DNA of 64,000 nucleotides from the NCBI GenBank assembly GCA_951804945.1, contig OX638161.1:27900001-27964000 (forward strand). Direction: 5' to 3'. The translations under genes were made by a program, and so were the position numbers. Below, piece by piece: positions 1-12,870 of the stretch. The DNA is from Podarcis cretensis. Its lineage: Eukaryota. The notes under the pieces are model-generated. The model did no database searches, was not told where the DNA came from, and saw only the letters and a list, made by a program, of their open reading frames with translations. Numbering within the stretch: the first letter of the stretch is position 1; every line of letters starts with the position of its first letter.

Positions 1-410
1 TCCATGCTCTCATATCTCAGTTTCTAACACTGCAGCCCCTACCAACCCATGTTTGTCATGCTCAGTAAAACAAAAAAAAACCTAACCCACCTAGTGAGCT
101 TCACAGCAAAACAGGGAATTGAACTCTCTAGTGCTAAGTCCAGCAATACTATGGCTGAGCACACACCATACATTTAAAGAACATTCTCTCCCCCCTCAAA
201 AATCCTGGGAATTTTGTTAAGGGAATTTTGTTGGGAGTTGTAGCTTCGAGGGGTAAACTACAATTCCTGGGATTTTGGGGTGGGAATGCATCCTTGCCCT
301 TGACCTCCAGAAAGGAAAGTAAGAGGGAAAAGATGTGAAGGCAATTCAGTTTGCAGCTGAATTGTAGATGCTATGTGGAAACAGGGAGAAGAAGAAAGAG
401 CTCAGTAATA

Positions 411-636
411 CAGTGGTACCTCAGGTTAAGTACTTAATTCGTTCCAGAGGTCCGTACTTAACCTGAAACTGTTCTTAACCTGAAGCACCACTTTAGCTAA
501 TGGGGCCTCCTGCTGCTGCCACGCTGCCGGAGCCCGATTTCTGTTCTCATCCTGAAGCAAAGTTCTTCACCTGAAGCACTATTTCTGGGTTAGCGGAGTC
601 TGTAACCTGAAGCGTATGTAACCTGAGGTACCACTG
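411..636. mobile_element. Tc1/mariner (Tigger/pogo-like) MITE, family A
   Basis: TIR CAGTGGTACCTC(A/G)GGTTA ... TAACCTGAGGTACCACTG, flanked by TA on both sides. Confidence 0.9.
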
Positions 637-1631
637 TACAGGGAATGCCTGCTGTCACAAGCTCCCAATTCAGCCGCCATTAGAAGCTGCAGATTTGCTT
701 TTGTTCACACATTAAAATCTAGATGATTGTAATCACAGAATGCTCATTTTTAATGAAAAGCTGACTTAACTCATAAGTGGTCCCAACCCCAAAACTCCTT
801 GTTACCCATAATGCAATATAAGGCAATCCAAACTTTTCAAAAACATCTCCTATCCAAATGTAATAAACTAACAGAGTTCTAAAGTTGAGCAAGTGCTTTG
901 TGAACAGAAGCCAACCTTCTGAGAATCTAATTTTTCTCCCCCCCCCTTCTTAAACTATGCAAGAAAAATACTCCAGACTCTTGCTGAAAAATTAAATCTT
1001 GCAGAAAAGATTATTTGAAGTAAGTTAAGTATTGGAAATCACTGATGATCGTTCCAGTTTCCAAAGAGTTGAGGTAAGTATTGGGCATAGACAAGGTGGA
1101 AAAATTGACCTTCTATCTCTATCTATATACATAGTTGACTGCCTTCTTACAACCCATTAAGATTCTGGTAAAAGTGGAAACAGTTTATAAATAACTGGAA
1201 CATGTATTCTTAAAACATTCCTTTGGAATGACACATTTATTTAATTATTTTGCTCCAGTTATTTATTAGTTGCTTTTCACGGCCAAGTCTATACATTTGC
1301 AATTTTTATAATTGAAAGCAACAACACCGCACTGATTTTGGGAACAAGAGACTGGTGGCAATCAGGAAGCTGGTGTGGTTTGTTCTTTCAACAGGATTTC
1401 TGAGCTTGAAAAGGCTTAGTTGAAGCTGCAGGGTGGCTATATTTGTATCTGATGTCATTTCCCTTCCATTTCTCCTCCCTGCCCCTGACTGAACACTGCA
1501 GCAGATGTTGCAAGGCTGGTTTCATTTTATGCATATTTCCCAGTGCAAAAGCCAGTGAGCGAAATTGCCAAGTAAGCTACTAGCCAACCACCCAAGGGTG
1601 GATGACTAAATCTACACAATTCTATGAATCT

Positions 1632-1965
1632 GTTGTTGATGTTTAGTCGTTTAGTCGTGTCCGACTCTTCGTGACCCCATGGACCAGAGCACGCCAGGCA
1701 CTTCTGTCTACCACTGCCTCCCGCAGTTTGGTCAAACTCATGCTGGTAGCTTCGAGAACACTGTCCAACTATCTCGTCCTCTGTCGTCCCCTTCTCCTTG
1801 TGCTCTCAATCTTTCCCAACATCAGGGTCTTTTCCAGGGAGTCTTCTCTTCTCATGAGGTGGCCAAAGTATTGGAGCCTCAGCTTCAGGATCTGTCCTTC
1901 CAGTGAGCACTCAGGGCTGATTTCCTTAAGAATGGGACTCTCAAGAGTCTCCTCCAGGACCATAA
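1632..1965 (-). mobile_element. BovB (RTE) LINE 3' fragment
   Basis: Minus-strand peptide ILKEISPECSLEGQILKLRLQYFGHLMRREDSLEKTLMLGKIE..RRRGRQR is the BovB ORF C-terminus; (CAA)n tail. Confidence 0.92.
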
Positions 1966-2880
1966 TTCTATGATTCTATGATTCTAAGCCCATCTAATTC
2001 AGTAAGTTCTACACTGACTGGCAGCAGCAGTGGCTTTCCAGGGTACTTGCCAGCCCTTCCTGTAGATGTGGAGGATTGAATCTAGAACCTTATGCATGCA
2101 AATCAGCTGCGCAACCAATAAGCTATAGCTCTTCTCAATTTCCCAAAGAGGTGTATGGAGGCACACAGTGGTGATCGGTTTTCTGGTTTTTTTTAAACCA
2201 GCTTAACCCCAAAAACAGCGTTAGGATTAACTGCAAACTGAATAATCTCGCTCTTCCCCACCCCCCAGTTTCAAGAGGATTGGGAAAGGGAGGAAACTGC
2301 AATTCAAGAGGAAAAGGCTACACAGATTAGGCAGTGAAGGCAAGTGAATGCTATCGGGAGATCACAACTCAAATGTGGGAGGGCTGATTAACAGGAAGGA
2401 GTTCAAGATTCATGCATTATTTTTTTTAAAAATGAAACACACACCAATGTCATCCTGTGAACAGAATTTGCTCTAATTCACATGTAGAGCATCTAGCATT
2501 GAGGCACTTTAAAAAATAGTAAATAAACAGCAATAATGTGTGTGTGGGGGTGTTTTTTAAAAACTTGTATGGTATTCCATCAGCTCTCACCCACTGCCCC
2601 AGTTTTGTAGGGACTGACCTCTCAACAGCTTATATCATTTATATATAGATAGATTTTAAAGAGGAGGTTTTTAAAAATCTTTGCAATGTGTTTAAAGGAC
2701 ACCCTTCGTTTTAAATAATCGTATTATTACCTGCTCCCAAACCAAGGAAGAAGGGGAAATCTGTGTGCATGAAAGTGTCTCCCTGCCCCCCCCCCCGCCT
2801 GCCCCCAGCTTTTCCTTCCAAATTAAATTCAAAAGACAAAATGTCTTTTTTGGCCTAGATTAAAAAACAACAACAAAGGA

Positions 2881-2990
2881 TGACCTTAGTGGCAGCTCAC
2901 CCAATCGGCCGCCAGTCACTGCAGCCTTATTTGCATGCCGATACCCCATTGGCAGCAGCGGCACGAGTGGAATGCAGAAGGTGGAGCCAA
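2881..2990 (-). promoter_or_regulatory. Candidate intronic regulatory element or alternative first exon
   Basis: TGACCT 2881, CCAAT 2901, octamer ATTTGCAT 2929-2936, ATTGG 2948, several CpGs, minus-strand donor TGG|GTGAG at 2901/2900. Confidence 0.35.
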
Positions 2991-3602
2991 GAAGACACAC
3001 ATTTTTGCAAATGTATAGTACTGAAATACAGAAACTAATAGCACCACCCTATTTGCGAGAGACTTTTGGAAGATTGCTTAAGAAAGGAAATGTCTGAATG
3101 GATTTTTAAAAGGCTGCGATGTTTGGCTTACATGGGCCTCCTTGGGCAAAAGGTCCCAGGGCTGTGGGGTCTCTTACCCAAAGAAACCCACCTGAGCCCA
3201 ATCTTGCAGCCTTCTTAAAATCAGTAAAATAATTCCTTTCCTAAGCAAGTGTGATGATGTCGCCCCTTTAAGCCTGCTTTATGGGAATAGGTTAGAACCT
3301 TAGAAATAATGAGCTTGATGGCTTCTTGTCCCTTTGCTCAATCTACTCAGATTTAAGTGTAAGCGTTTATGTTAATTAGCTGGATAAGTTAGTGTTGGTT
3401 GTTTTCTTACCTGCTGAGCTATTTTAATCTGTGTAATTCTTTGGTGTTTTCCTGTAATTTGGTCTAGTTTGAGTTCCCAAACCTTTTAATTTTGACCACG
3501 CTTTTCAGAGCAAGGATCACCCAACACAGCAAGTTTCAAAATGACTTTTGCAAATAGGTTGGTTTCAAAGCAGGGGGGTGGGAAGAATCAGGGAAACTAT
3601 TA

Positions 3603-3847
3603 CAGTGGTACCTCGGGTTACATACGCTTCAAGTTACATATGCTTCAGGTTACAGACTCCACTAACCCAGAAATATTACCTCGGGTTAAGAACTTTGCTT
3701 CAGGATGAGAACAGAAACTGTGCTCCGGCGGTGCTGCGGCGGCAGCAGGAGGCCCCATTAGCTAAAGTGGTGCTTCAGGTTAAGAACAGTTTCAGGTTAA
3801 GAACGGACCTCCAGAACGAATTAAGTACTTAACCTGAGGTACCACTG
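3603..3847. mobile_element. Tigger-like MITE family A (opposite orientation to the 411 copy)
   Basis: Same TIRs, TA TSD, internal sequence is the reverse complement of the 411 copy. Confidence 0.9.
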
Positions 3848-4073
3848 TATATGCAGACTGCAACAAAATGTTGCGGCATGGAATGTTCCTGTTAGCTATT
3901 CCAGTCAGCCATTGAAGCTCACCTCTGTGATGAAACTCCACTCCATCCCCTTTGTACCCAGTTGTCCATCTCCCCTCAATAGACAATCAATGTTCCATGA
4001 TCAATGGGCGCTGCGCAGTCCTCACTAGGCTGTTTTGGGTTTCCCCCCTCCCCCCAGCTTTTTAAACTAAGGA

Positions 4074-4110
<37 letters not shown>

Positions 4111-7100
4111 TTATTTTGGCAGCTTCCATGTCCCCCTAGGTCTGCTGACACCCCCCCCCCTTTGTGCTGCTGTTTTGCTACAAACAGCACTCATACCCTG
4201 ATCATCAGAAATAGAGGGAAAGATGCAGTGGCAGCCAGAAGGCCCTTCACAGTGAGGCAGGAATGCCATCATTTTGTTCTGCTAGGCTTTCTGTGCCTTT
4301 GGTTTAGTCTTGCACCTGTGCTTGGGTGCTTCAGGCAGCAGATTGAGACTGACAGGACTCAGTTCCTACCCATACAAAAGCCGTTCCCTCAGAGAACTAG
4401 ATTTCAGGGAGAAGGGCTTTAATCTACCCTCCCCTCCAAACACACACACTAGTTTGTTTGGGTGAGAGCTTCACAATATGAGCCCTCACCTACAGTCCAA
4501 AGTGACAAAAGCTCTTGCCGCTGCAGAGAGAACTAGTCCTTTTGAACAGCTGCTCTGATACACATTTCCGTTTGGAGGCTTTCCCCCCCCCCAGCCAACA
4601 GAGGGCTTAAACGCTTGAATCACACCAACAGGAAACACGGGGGGGGGGGGGGGAGAGAAATGATTTAAGTGTCGTTTGGGGAAAGGACCCAACAATAACA
4701 CAAGCCGGGGCGGTGCGTACGTGCAGCCTTTGAACAAACACAACACATCAGCATGTACACAATGCAGGCTTCTAAAAAAAGACAGTCAACAGTGACTACA
4801 GAACGGAGGGGAGGGGAGTGAGAGGGGTGGGTAGGCAAGGCTGGTACTACCAGTTTGTCTTGTCCACCTCCTCCTCTCTCTCCCCCCCCCCCCCGCACCC
4901 CAGAGGCGACTGCAAAAGCTCCCCAACAGGATGTCCTCTTGTCCACGTAAGGCTTGTAGGCACGGCTTGTACCAGGAGTTCCTGGGACCAGCGCCAGACT
5001 GTGCTCTGCTGTTCCTCCGCAGGGGCTGTGCATGAGGAGGCTTGGCTCCCAGCCAGCAAGGCCGGCTCGGCACCTGAGGACAGCGTGTGCCCGGCAGCGA
5101 GACACGGGAGGCACGGAGGTGCCCCCTCTCGGCACCTGGGATTCCCTGGGCGGGCAAGAAGGTGGGGAGAAGGTGGAGCAGGGGACAGAATCAAAATGTT
5201 CTCGCTCTGGGCTCCAGGTACTTGGCAGGGCAAGGAGTCCATAGGTGACGCCTCTTCTGCAGACCCCGAAGGAGGCGGCCACGCGGCTGCACCACACAGT
5301 TCGAAGTGCTCCAATGCCATTTTAACATTAATGGCTTTGCCCGCTCCAAGGTTTCTGGAATCTGTACTTTAAGGACATCCTCTCTGCCCTGTATATTTTG
5401 GGGAGCCCACCTTAAGTTGCTTCAGACTGTTTTTTATATTGCGTTGTTATGTTTTCAAACCTTTTATTGACATATGGACAAAATTTTGAAAGGTTCAATA
5501 CAATAAAAACCAGCGAAATCTGCCTCGAATAATTAAAACACTGTTGTGTAACGTTCACGAGTCCTCGTTGCGTGTTACAGAAACTTGGCAGCTATATCCA
5601 GCTTACCCCCCCCCCCATCCAGGGTAAACATTAGGAAGGCTATTCGTTTGGCCGTTGCAATGTTGCGTTTTAATGCTGTAGTCTGCCCTGGGGCCATAGG
5701 GGGAAGGGTAATAAATTTAATACAATGATGGTAATGATAATAACAGCAGTTCTCAGCACCCCTGACAGACTACAGTTCCCAGGACTCTTTAGGGGAAGCC
5801 TTAAAGAAAATTTAAATACACTAAGTAAGTAAATAAATTCATGCAGCAAAAAAGTATGCATGCGCAGATAGACGGCAAAAAGTTAACCAATGAACCCACA
5901 TTAATTTTGAGCAAAATACAGCAAATTAAATAGCCAATACATCCATGCTATGGACCCGAGGAGAACGTGCCTCTCAAGTATGTGTGTTGGGAAGTGACTT
6001 CTTTTCTACGTGGCCAAGCCTCCTCCCCTGTACAGAATGTATAATCAGTGAATCAGCTGTCCCTCCTGTTTTCTACGGAGCTAGATAGAGAACCCAAGAG
6101 TCCTGGCCCTTGCTCCTCCAACCGCTGTAGCTGACAATCACTCTCTCACAGTCAACAGGGCATGAATAGGCAAGTACAGAGTACTTTCAAAACATTTTGG
6201 AATTTCTGGTAAACACATGCTACCCCAACCCTTGCAAAAGTAAGGTTCTATCCCTCAATATATCTTCTACCGGCAGACCTTCCCATTGTTAATCATTTGT
6301 GGCACAGAACAGAAAAGGAGGAGCCACCCTGCAGAGTGCATTTCCCTCATCACCTGGAACTAGAGCCGTTCCAGCCTGCACAGGATCATTTTAGAAGCCA
6401 GGAATTCCAGCTCCTGTAACCCTTGTTTGAGCACAGGCCAGCGCCTTGGTGTGAACAGGGATCAGGCGGATTTCCTGGTGAAGCATTAGTAACCTTCATG
6501 TTTAAACAGACACACAAAGAGAGAACAATTCCAATCCCCGATTTCCTAAACTCTCAGAGCCATGCAGATTTTTTTTTGGGGGGGGGGGGTGTGAGAGAGA
6601 GATTTGCTGATTACACTAGGATGCAGCACTAACTCTTTGCAGCAGGTGGCAGTGTGGTCAACGTCCATGGGCTCCACCCACAAGGAGGAGGGGGAGAGAA
6701 ATGACCCTGTCAGCGCGATGGCTAGCAATCTTACACCATACCCCTTCAGACCCACACCCTAGACTTCACAATCTTGAGGGCCAGGAACTTGATTCGCAAC
6801 GAGGTCGGGGATTTTCAGGCAGTTGATTCCTGCAGCCAGCGACACATTTTTGCAGTCGTCTCGGCTCCCAAAGAATTGCAGCAGCACACACAGCTAATCC
6901 AAAGACCAACCACATAAGCAACATGAGAAAAAGGCGGCAGAGGTCAGCCACACATACCTGGGCTCTGGTGAGCACATACTTTCTAAATGAGGTGTACGTG
7001 CATGTGAGCGAGCGAGCAGAAAAGTGGTTGCTCAAGGAGCGGGGTGACAAAACCATACCTTATCCGTCACAATCGTTCCTACCTCCCACATGAGACTAGG

Positions 7101-9542
7101 GAACAGAGGTCCTGCCCCATCTCTGTGGGGCAAGCAAAACCACAGAGCCGCCCAGTCACATTCTCCTTCCCATCCCAGGTGGAGGAGCTTCGCTATTTGC
7201 TTACAACAGGAGCGGCAAGCAAAGCCATGAGAACAAACTTGCCTGCCCTGGGGCCCCCTGGCAAGAACAGAAGGTTGTGCCGGGGGCATGTCCTGTGGCA
7301 AGGGCCGTGCCCCAAGGCACACCCAGCTCCCAATCCGGGGCCAGGAGAGATCGGAGTCGGGGCATCCTTATGGGGCCCAATGAGGTTCTTCCTATGTGAA
7401 CAAAGCACACCCCGAATACTGCACACACGGTTTATCAAGACACACGGAGACGAGGCGCAGGAAAAACGCACTCCACCCCGCTTCACAAGATACCTTGAAA
7501 GCACATTCAAAGTGCCTTTCTTCCCTCAGAGAATTCTGGGCACTGTAGTCCACAGGGTTACAATTCCCAAAAACGCTGAGCAAACTACATTGCCCAGAAT
7601 CCTTTGAGGGTGACAGAATGTGCTTCCATCTGTGTAAAGCAGGAGTGGATAATCTCAGGTACACAGGTCAAATGCAGGCCTCTCTATCTGGCCTGTGGGA
7701 CTGTTCCCAGGCCACACACCTCCAATTGGCCCAACTCCACACCCTTGTTCAGGTCTTTCCCCTGCAATATTGCAGGTCTCTGACCTGCAATAATGCCTCT
7801 TGCTGGACTGGATGCAGAGGTGTCAATGTTGAAACCTCTGGTTTTTGTGTGGCTGGTCTGAGGCCTACTGTCCAGGGTTGCATACACACTATACCTTCGG
7901 AGCACATTCAAAGCACATTCCCTCCCCTCAAATAATTCTGGGTGCTGTAGTTTTACAATTCCCTTAAAGAACTACACTGCCCAGAATCCTTTGGAGTTGG
8001 GCACTGTGCTTTAAAGCTACGCATCCAGAGGCAGATTACTGGCTTCGATCGAAACCGTGCTTGGCCATTTACAACTTCGATGGCACATGCCCATACACCG
8101 TTGGCCTGCCAACCCCTCCCTTGCTGGGCTGGTGATTACATATCAATCTCAAACTCTCCTCTTAATTGCTGGTTGCTCTGTGCTGCAGCTGCAACCACGT
8201 CTGTCCCAAGTCCTGCCTACCATCCCACCTCCAATGCCCTTTACCCTTTGCTCTCTGAATGGGTTTGCCTGGGGTACATTATGGAGCAAGTCTGCCACCC
8301 TGTGGCCAGGTGTGATCATCACACCTGAACAACAGCATTTATTTAAATTTTTTGCCAAAGGGGTGTATGTACAGCAGGGAAAAGATAAGGGAGCTTTTAT
8401 AGCCCGGACCCTAGCAGGATGACACTTCTCTCCATTGCAGAGGGAAGGCTGCCAAGCCTGCACTGCATAGGTCACAAACATGAAGAGTTTCCCCAGAACC
8501 GCATCGTGTCTGCCGCATCTAGACTTCCACTCACAGAAGTGTCCCTCCCGTAAAATGGCCATAAGAGTGTGCATGAGGGCACGTAAAAAAAAACCAACAA
8601 CCTCAAAAAACCCCACCAGCACCTTTCCACACATCACCACCGCTGCTTGTGTAATGATACAAGTGCATGTACAGGTGCGAGCGTGTTGCGGCAGATGATC
8701 TTGCAACACAAAATCAGGATTACTGACGGCAAAAAGGCAGAAGCATCTCAAAGGACTAGAAGTGATGTTTTCCCCCCTGGCGCTTGGCGGGAGCCAAATT
8801 TCCCAACCCTGGGGTGGGAAGGGAATGAAGAAGCTGTTTGCAAGCACTGTTTGAACTGCAGATGCCTTTCATGAGGTTTGCATTTCCTGGCATACACCTG
8901 TTAAGGAATCCTCTCTGCAGCTACCTACAAGGCCCTTTACCTGCAGCAAAATGATGATGCTAATGGCTAATAATAGTAACAAGCAAAATGCTTCGTATTT
9001 ATGCAGCACTTACCCAGGCATTTGGCTCGGTGACCTTACAACGAGCCTGTAAGGTAGGCCAGTGCTGTTATCGTGCTGCTGCAGATGGGAAGCTGAGGTT
9101 GATAAGGCCAGTGACTTCCCATTGATGGGGCTGGCTAGTTTATGGCAGAGTTAAAAACTGGAGACTTCTCAACTTACCCTCTTAGCTACTCTACAATGCC
9201 CTTTGCTTCAGGGTGGGGTGGGGGGAGGGAAGCAGGGGAAGAGGAATCTATAATACTGTGGTCTGGGAATGATTCCACTACCTTCCCTAAAAATAAAATT
9301 GCCTTGTGGAGGATTCCATAAACAGGGTTTTACTTGAATTTGAGGCATTATGAAAGTTGGCATCAGGAAGGGATTTCCCTCCAGAACAAACTGACTTGCG
9401 ACCCAGGGTGGTTTTCATATTTCTCCTCAGTTGCGGCTTGGCTTGCTTCCTTGAGAAATCTAAAGCTCTTTTTTATACTTCAGCCATCTTTTCTGCGGTG
9501 TGTAACTTCCCTCGGCTGATGGCTCACTGTGGCTTTCAGGGG

Positions 9543-9586
<44 letters not shown>

Positions 9587-11761
9587 ATATATATGCTTGG
9601 GGTGGGAGGTGGGAGTTTGCCCTCACCAGCATGTCTTCCCAGCACCAGGGCTTGAACTGCATTGATGTGGTCTCCTTGCCACAAGGATCCTGCACATTCC
9701 TTGCTAGCCCCTAATCCCATACCTATGTAAACGCTACAACTGGAAAACTCAACATCTGCAAGGAAGCGCCCCTGTGTGGTGTGACTTTTGAGTTTTTCCA
9801 AAACAGGCCCAGATTCGCTTCTTCTCCACCCTTTATTTGCAGGGCTGGGGAGGGCAGAAGTGGGCCATTTGTTTTGCTCAAAGATGTTCACCGGGTGCCT
9901 TCATTACGTAGGTTTCGACACATACTGAAAGCATCTCAAATTACCCTAGCTTTCAACACCCAATATATTTTAGTGCCCACCCTATTCTCTTGGCTGTAAT
10001 TTATTTTAATGTTGTGTTTTTTAAATGATTACATCTCACCCTGGGAGCGCATGGTGAAGGGCAGGGTAAGGAATCTGAAAAAATATTTAATAATAATAAT
10101 AATAATAATAATAATGGTTTCAATGAAGTCCTTTTCAGCCTCCTATTTTCCTGCCTTGGCTTAGTTTACCCGCTGAGCCACTGCAGTGTGTTGGATGTGC
10201 CCTTCTCCCCTTGCAGTTCTGGCAGGCCTAGTGTCAGCCTCCAGCAGGGCAAGCAGCAAATATTTGAAGTCTGGGATTGGTAGCAAGCGGCTAGCAGGCT
10301 GCGTTCCCATCAAAAAGAGGGACGAAGGAGACGGGAACTGCCTAGCTAGTCCATTAGAGGGTGATGTTTGGAGGGCATCACAAAGTCCAGATGTGGGGCT
10401 GATTTGGGGAGCAGACACCCCCCCCACTTGCTCCTCCCACCCACACCCACCTCAACATCACTTGTTTTTCTCCAGACTCACTGTAAAAGGTGCTGGGGAG
10501 AAGGCTGGTTTTAAGGACGGACTCCACTCTGCCACTGACTCCCTGTTTGGCCTTTGGCACAGCCATCATTTCCCCTGCCCATTTGTACAACAGGGAATGG
10601 TGGAAACCTTGTGGGGAGGGGCGAAGGCAATAAAAACACTTCGCACACCTGCAGAAGGATATTGCAGCTGCATGGACAAAAAGGCAGCCGCTTCGCAATG
10701 CTTGGGGGCAGGTGGAAGGTGGTGGTGGAAATGGAGGGGAGATTATTTCCTACATAATTTGGTTTCCCACTCCCACCCTGCACGGCTGTTCTGGCTGCCA
10801 GCGCTACATGCCAGGAAAGTCTGGGCAAACAGAGGCAGCAGCACAGCTGGCTGACGGGCGGGCAGACAGTCTCGCTGGCAAAAAAAGGCACCTGCTGAGT
10901 TGTGGGGCCCATTAGGGCCCAGCCGGTGCCAGTGTCGGAGAATGGGCCCATTATCCTGACCCCCACCCTCTCCCCTTGGCCCTTCCGTATGGTCCAGATG
11001 GAAGGGGTAAACAGGATGGGCTTGTGGCCTGGCACACATAGAGGCAAGCCCTTCCTAGGACTGTGACTCTCGCAGCAACACCAGCAGCAGCACTGTGGAA
11101 AGAGATAAAAATCACAGCTGTTCTGGCAGGAGACTGAGTAGGACATCAAGCTCCCAAGCGTATTCTCTCTCTCTGTTCTATATCAAGGAATGCCTCTGCA
11201 TCTTAAATTATGCAGCTTAATTATATTTGCATCTATGAGAGCTACTCTAGCACAGTGGCTCACAGACTGCGCTGAACCTAGAAGAAGATGCCTTATATCA
11301 GGCAAGTGTGTTTATCTAGTCAACCCAGTAGTGTCTACTCTGGCAGGCAGTGGGCCATCAGTGTTTCATGTACAGCCCCTTCCACATCTACCTGCTGCTT
11401 GAAACTCTTTACTGGAGTCTGCAAGGGATGGAACCTGGGGTTGTCTGCAGGCAAAGCACGTCCGCCCTCTCCCCAGGAACTGTCTGATTCGAGCTTCGCC
11501 TCTGCTCTGAAATCACCGGGTGGCCTTAGGAAAAGCCATTCTCTCTTCTTTAGCCCTCTCCCCTAATCTGTATTAAAACAGAGATAAGTAATACTGGCCT
11601 ACCTTGCAGGGTCTTTGCAAGGATTACCAAGAAAATGAAACAATTCTTTGAAACCCTACAAAGTGCAAAATGCAAATGCTAAGGATTAAAATCGGTCTAC
11701 CCACTTGCAAGATAATCATCAGCAAAGTCCACAAAGAGCTGCATTACTTCATTTTGTAGAT

Positions 11762-11898
11762 CACAGACTCGTAGAGTTGTAAGGGATCACGAGGGTCATC
11801 TAGCCCAACCCCCTTGCAATGCAGGGATCTTTTGTCCAACGTGGGACTCGAACCCACAACCCTGAGATTAAGAGTCTCATGCTCTACCAACTGAGCTA
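11762..11898 (-). mobile_element. tRNA-Lys(CTT)-derived SINE with CR1-type 3' tail
   Basis: Reverse complement TAGCTCAGTTGGTAGAGCATGAGACTCTTAATCTCAGGGTTGTGGGTTCGAG..CCACGTTGG followed by GGGTTGGGCTAGATGACCCT..ACTCTA. Partial copies at about 12944-13035, 23249-23340, 49193-49270. Confidence 0.85.
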
Positions 11899-12459
11899 TA
11901 GACAAATAGGGCGCAGAGAGGAAGGGAAGATGAGATGTAGGACACCTGGGTTCTGTACCCCACTGTGGATGCTTGTTTGTTTTGTTTTTGTTAAAAGTAC
12001 TACAGGGTGAATATGTACTCTTGTTATATCATCTCATTTATACCCTTCCATTGTCACCACAACAACCCTGCAAGGTAGATGAGGCAGAGACGGGCTGAAA
12101 GATACGCAAGGAGCTTCACGGTGGCTGAACTTGGGTCTTCCGAGTCCAAATGCAACCCTCTGATTTACTGCATCCTGAGAGAAGTTATGGGGGTCTGAAG
12201 GCACCTAGCACCTCTCCAAATTGTGACACTTTTCATCACACAAAGCTCAAAGCAATAGCCCTGCACAGTAGCCTCAACGGGGAGAGTGAGCTGACCGAGG
12301 CAACAACACCGTGGGTTTCATGGGCTATTAGCCACAGTAGCCAAATGGAACCTGTTGATACAGCGGTAATACACCTCTGAGTGCAAGAAGATGGGGAGAA
12401 ACCACAGCAGAAGGCCCAGCCTCGCTGTGCCCTGCTTGCAAGCACCCAAAGGCACTTGA

Positions 12460-12870
12460 TTGGTAACTTCTAGGATAGATTGCTGCAATGCTTTATGCAT
12501 GGACATGCCTTTGAAGACGGTTTAGAAACAGGAGCTTATGCAGAACATTAATACCAATGCACACATTAATACCAATCCCGGCCTGATGAAATGGCTACTG
12601 ATTAGTTTCTGGGCCCAGTTCAAAGTGCAGGTTTGGGCTTATAAAGCCTTATGTGGCTCAGGATGCCAAGACCTCAAGGACTGCCTCTCCCCACGTGAAA
12701 CCACCAAGACCCTGCATTCAGCATCTGAGGCACTTCTCTGCATGTCCTCCTCAAGGGAGGTGCGGAGGGCAGCAACCAGAGAATGGGCCTTCTCAGTGGT
12801 GGCTCCCCATTTACAGAGTGCTCTACCTGAGCTGGCACTCCTGGAGCCATCATTATCTGTTTTTTATTCA
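12460..12870 (+). mobile_element. Degenerate L2-clade LINE fragment
   Basis: VTSRIDCCNAL..PLKTV and QFKV..YKAL.G.G...LKDCL..AFSVVAPHL motifs. Similar fragments at about 53660-53770 (-, LKLNPDK), 55700-56060 (-), 63130-63390 (-), 27420-27720 (+). Confidence 0.7.

Noticed and set aside
411-636. CRISPR-like recurrence of TAACCTGAAG units
   Set aside because: Sub-terminal repeats inside a eukaryotic MITE; irregular spacing and no cas genes.
1671-1973. Repeated ORFs MTPWTRARQALL / MDQSTPGT (also 25534-25778)
   Set aside because: Antisense frames of BovB fragments.
4665-11149. Long ORFs of 150-230 aa (e.g. 4665-5297, 7044-7607, 8149-8847, 10186-10854, 10511-11149)
   Set aside because: No recognisable domain, overlapping frames on both strands, low-complexity Pro/Gly/Cys composition; typical of chance ORFs in GC-rich intron DNA.
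11830-11898. Functional tRNA-Lys(CTT) gene (also 41160-41224, and tRNA-Ile at 45395-45464)
   Set aside because: The 5' acceptor stem is missing or degenerate, and each head is fused to a CR1-type tail, so these are SINEs.
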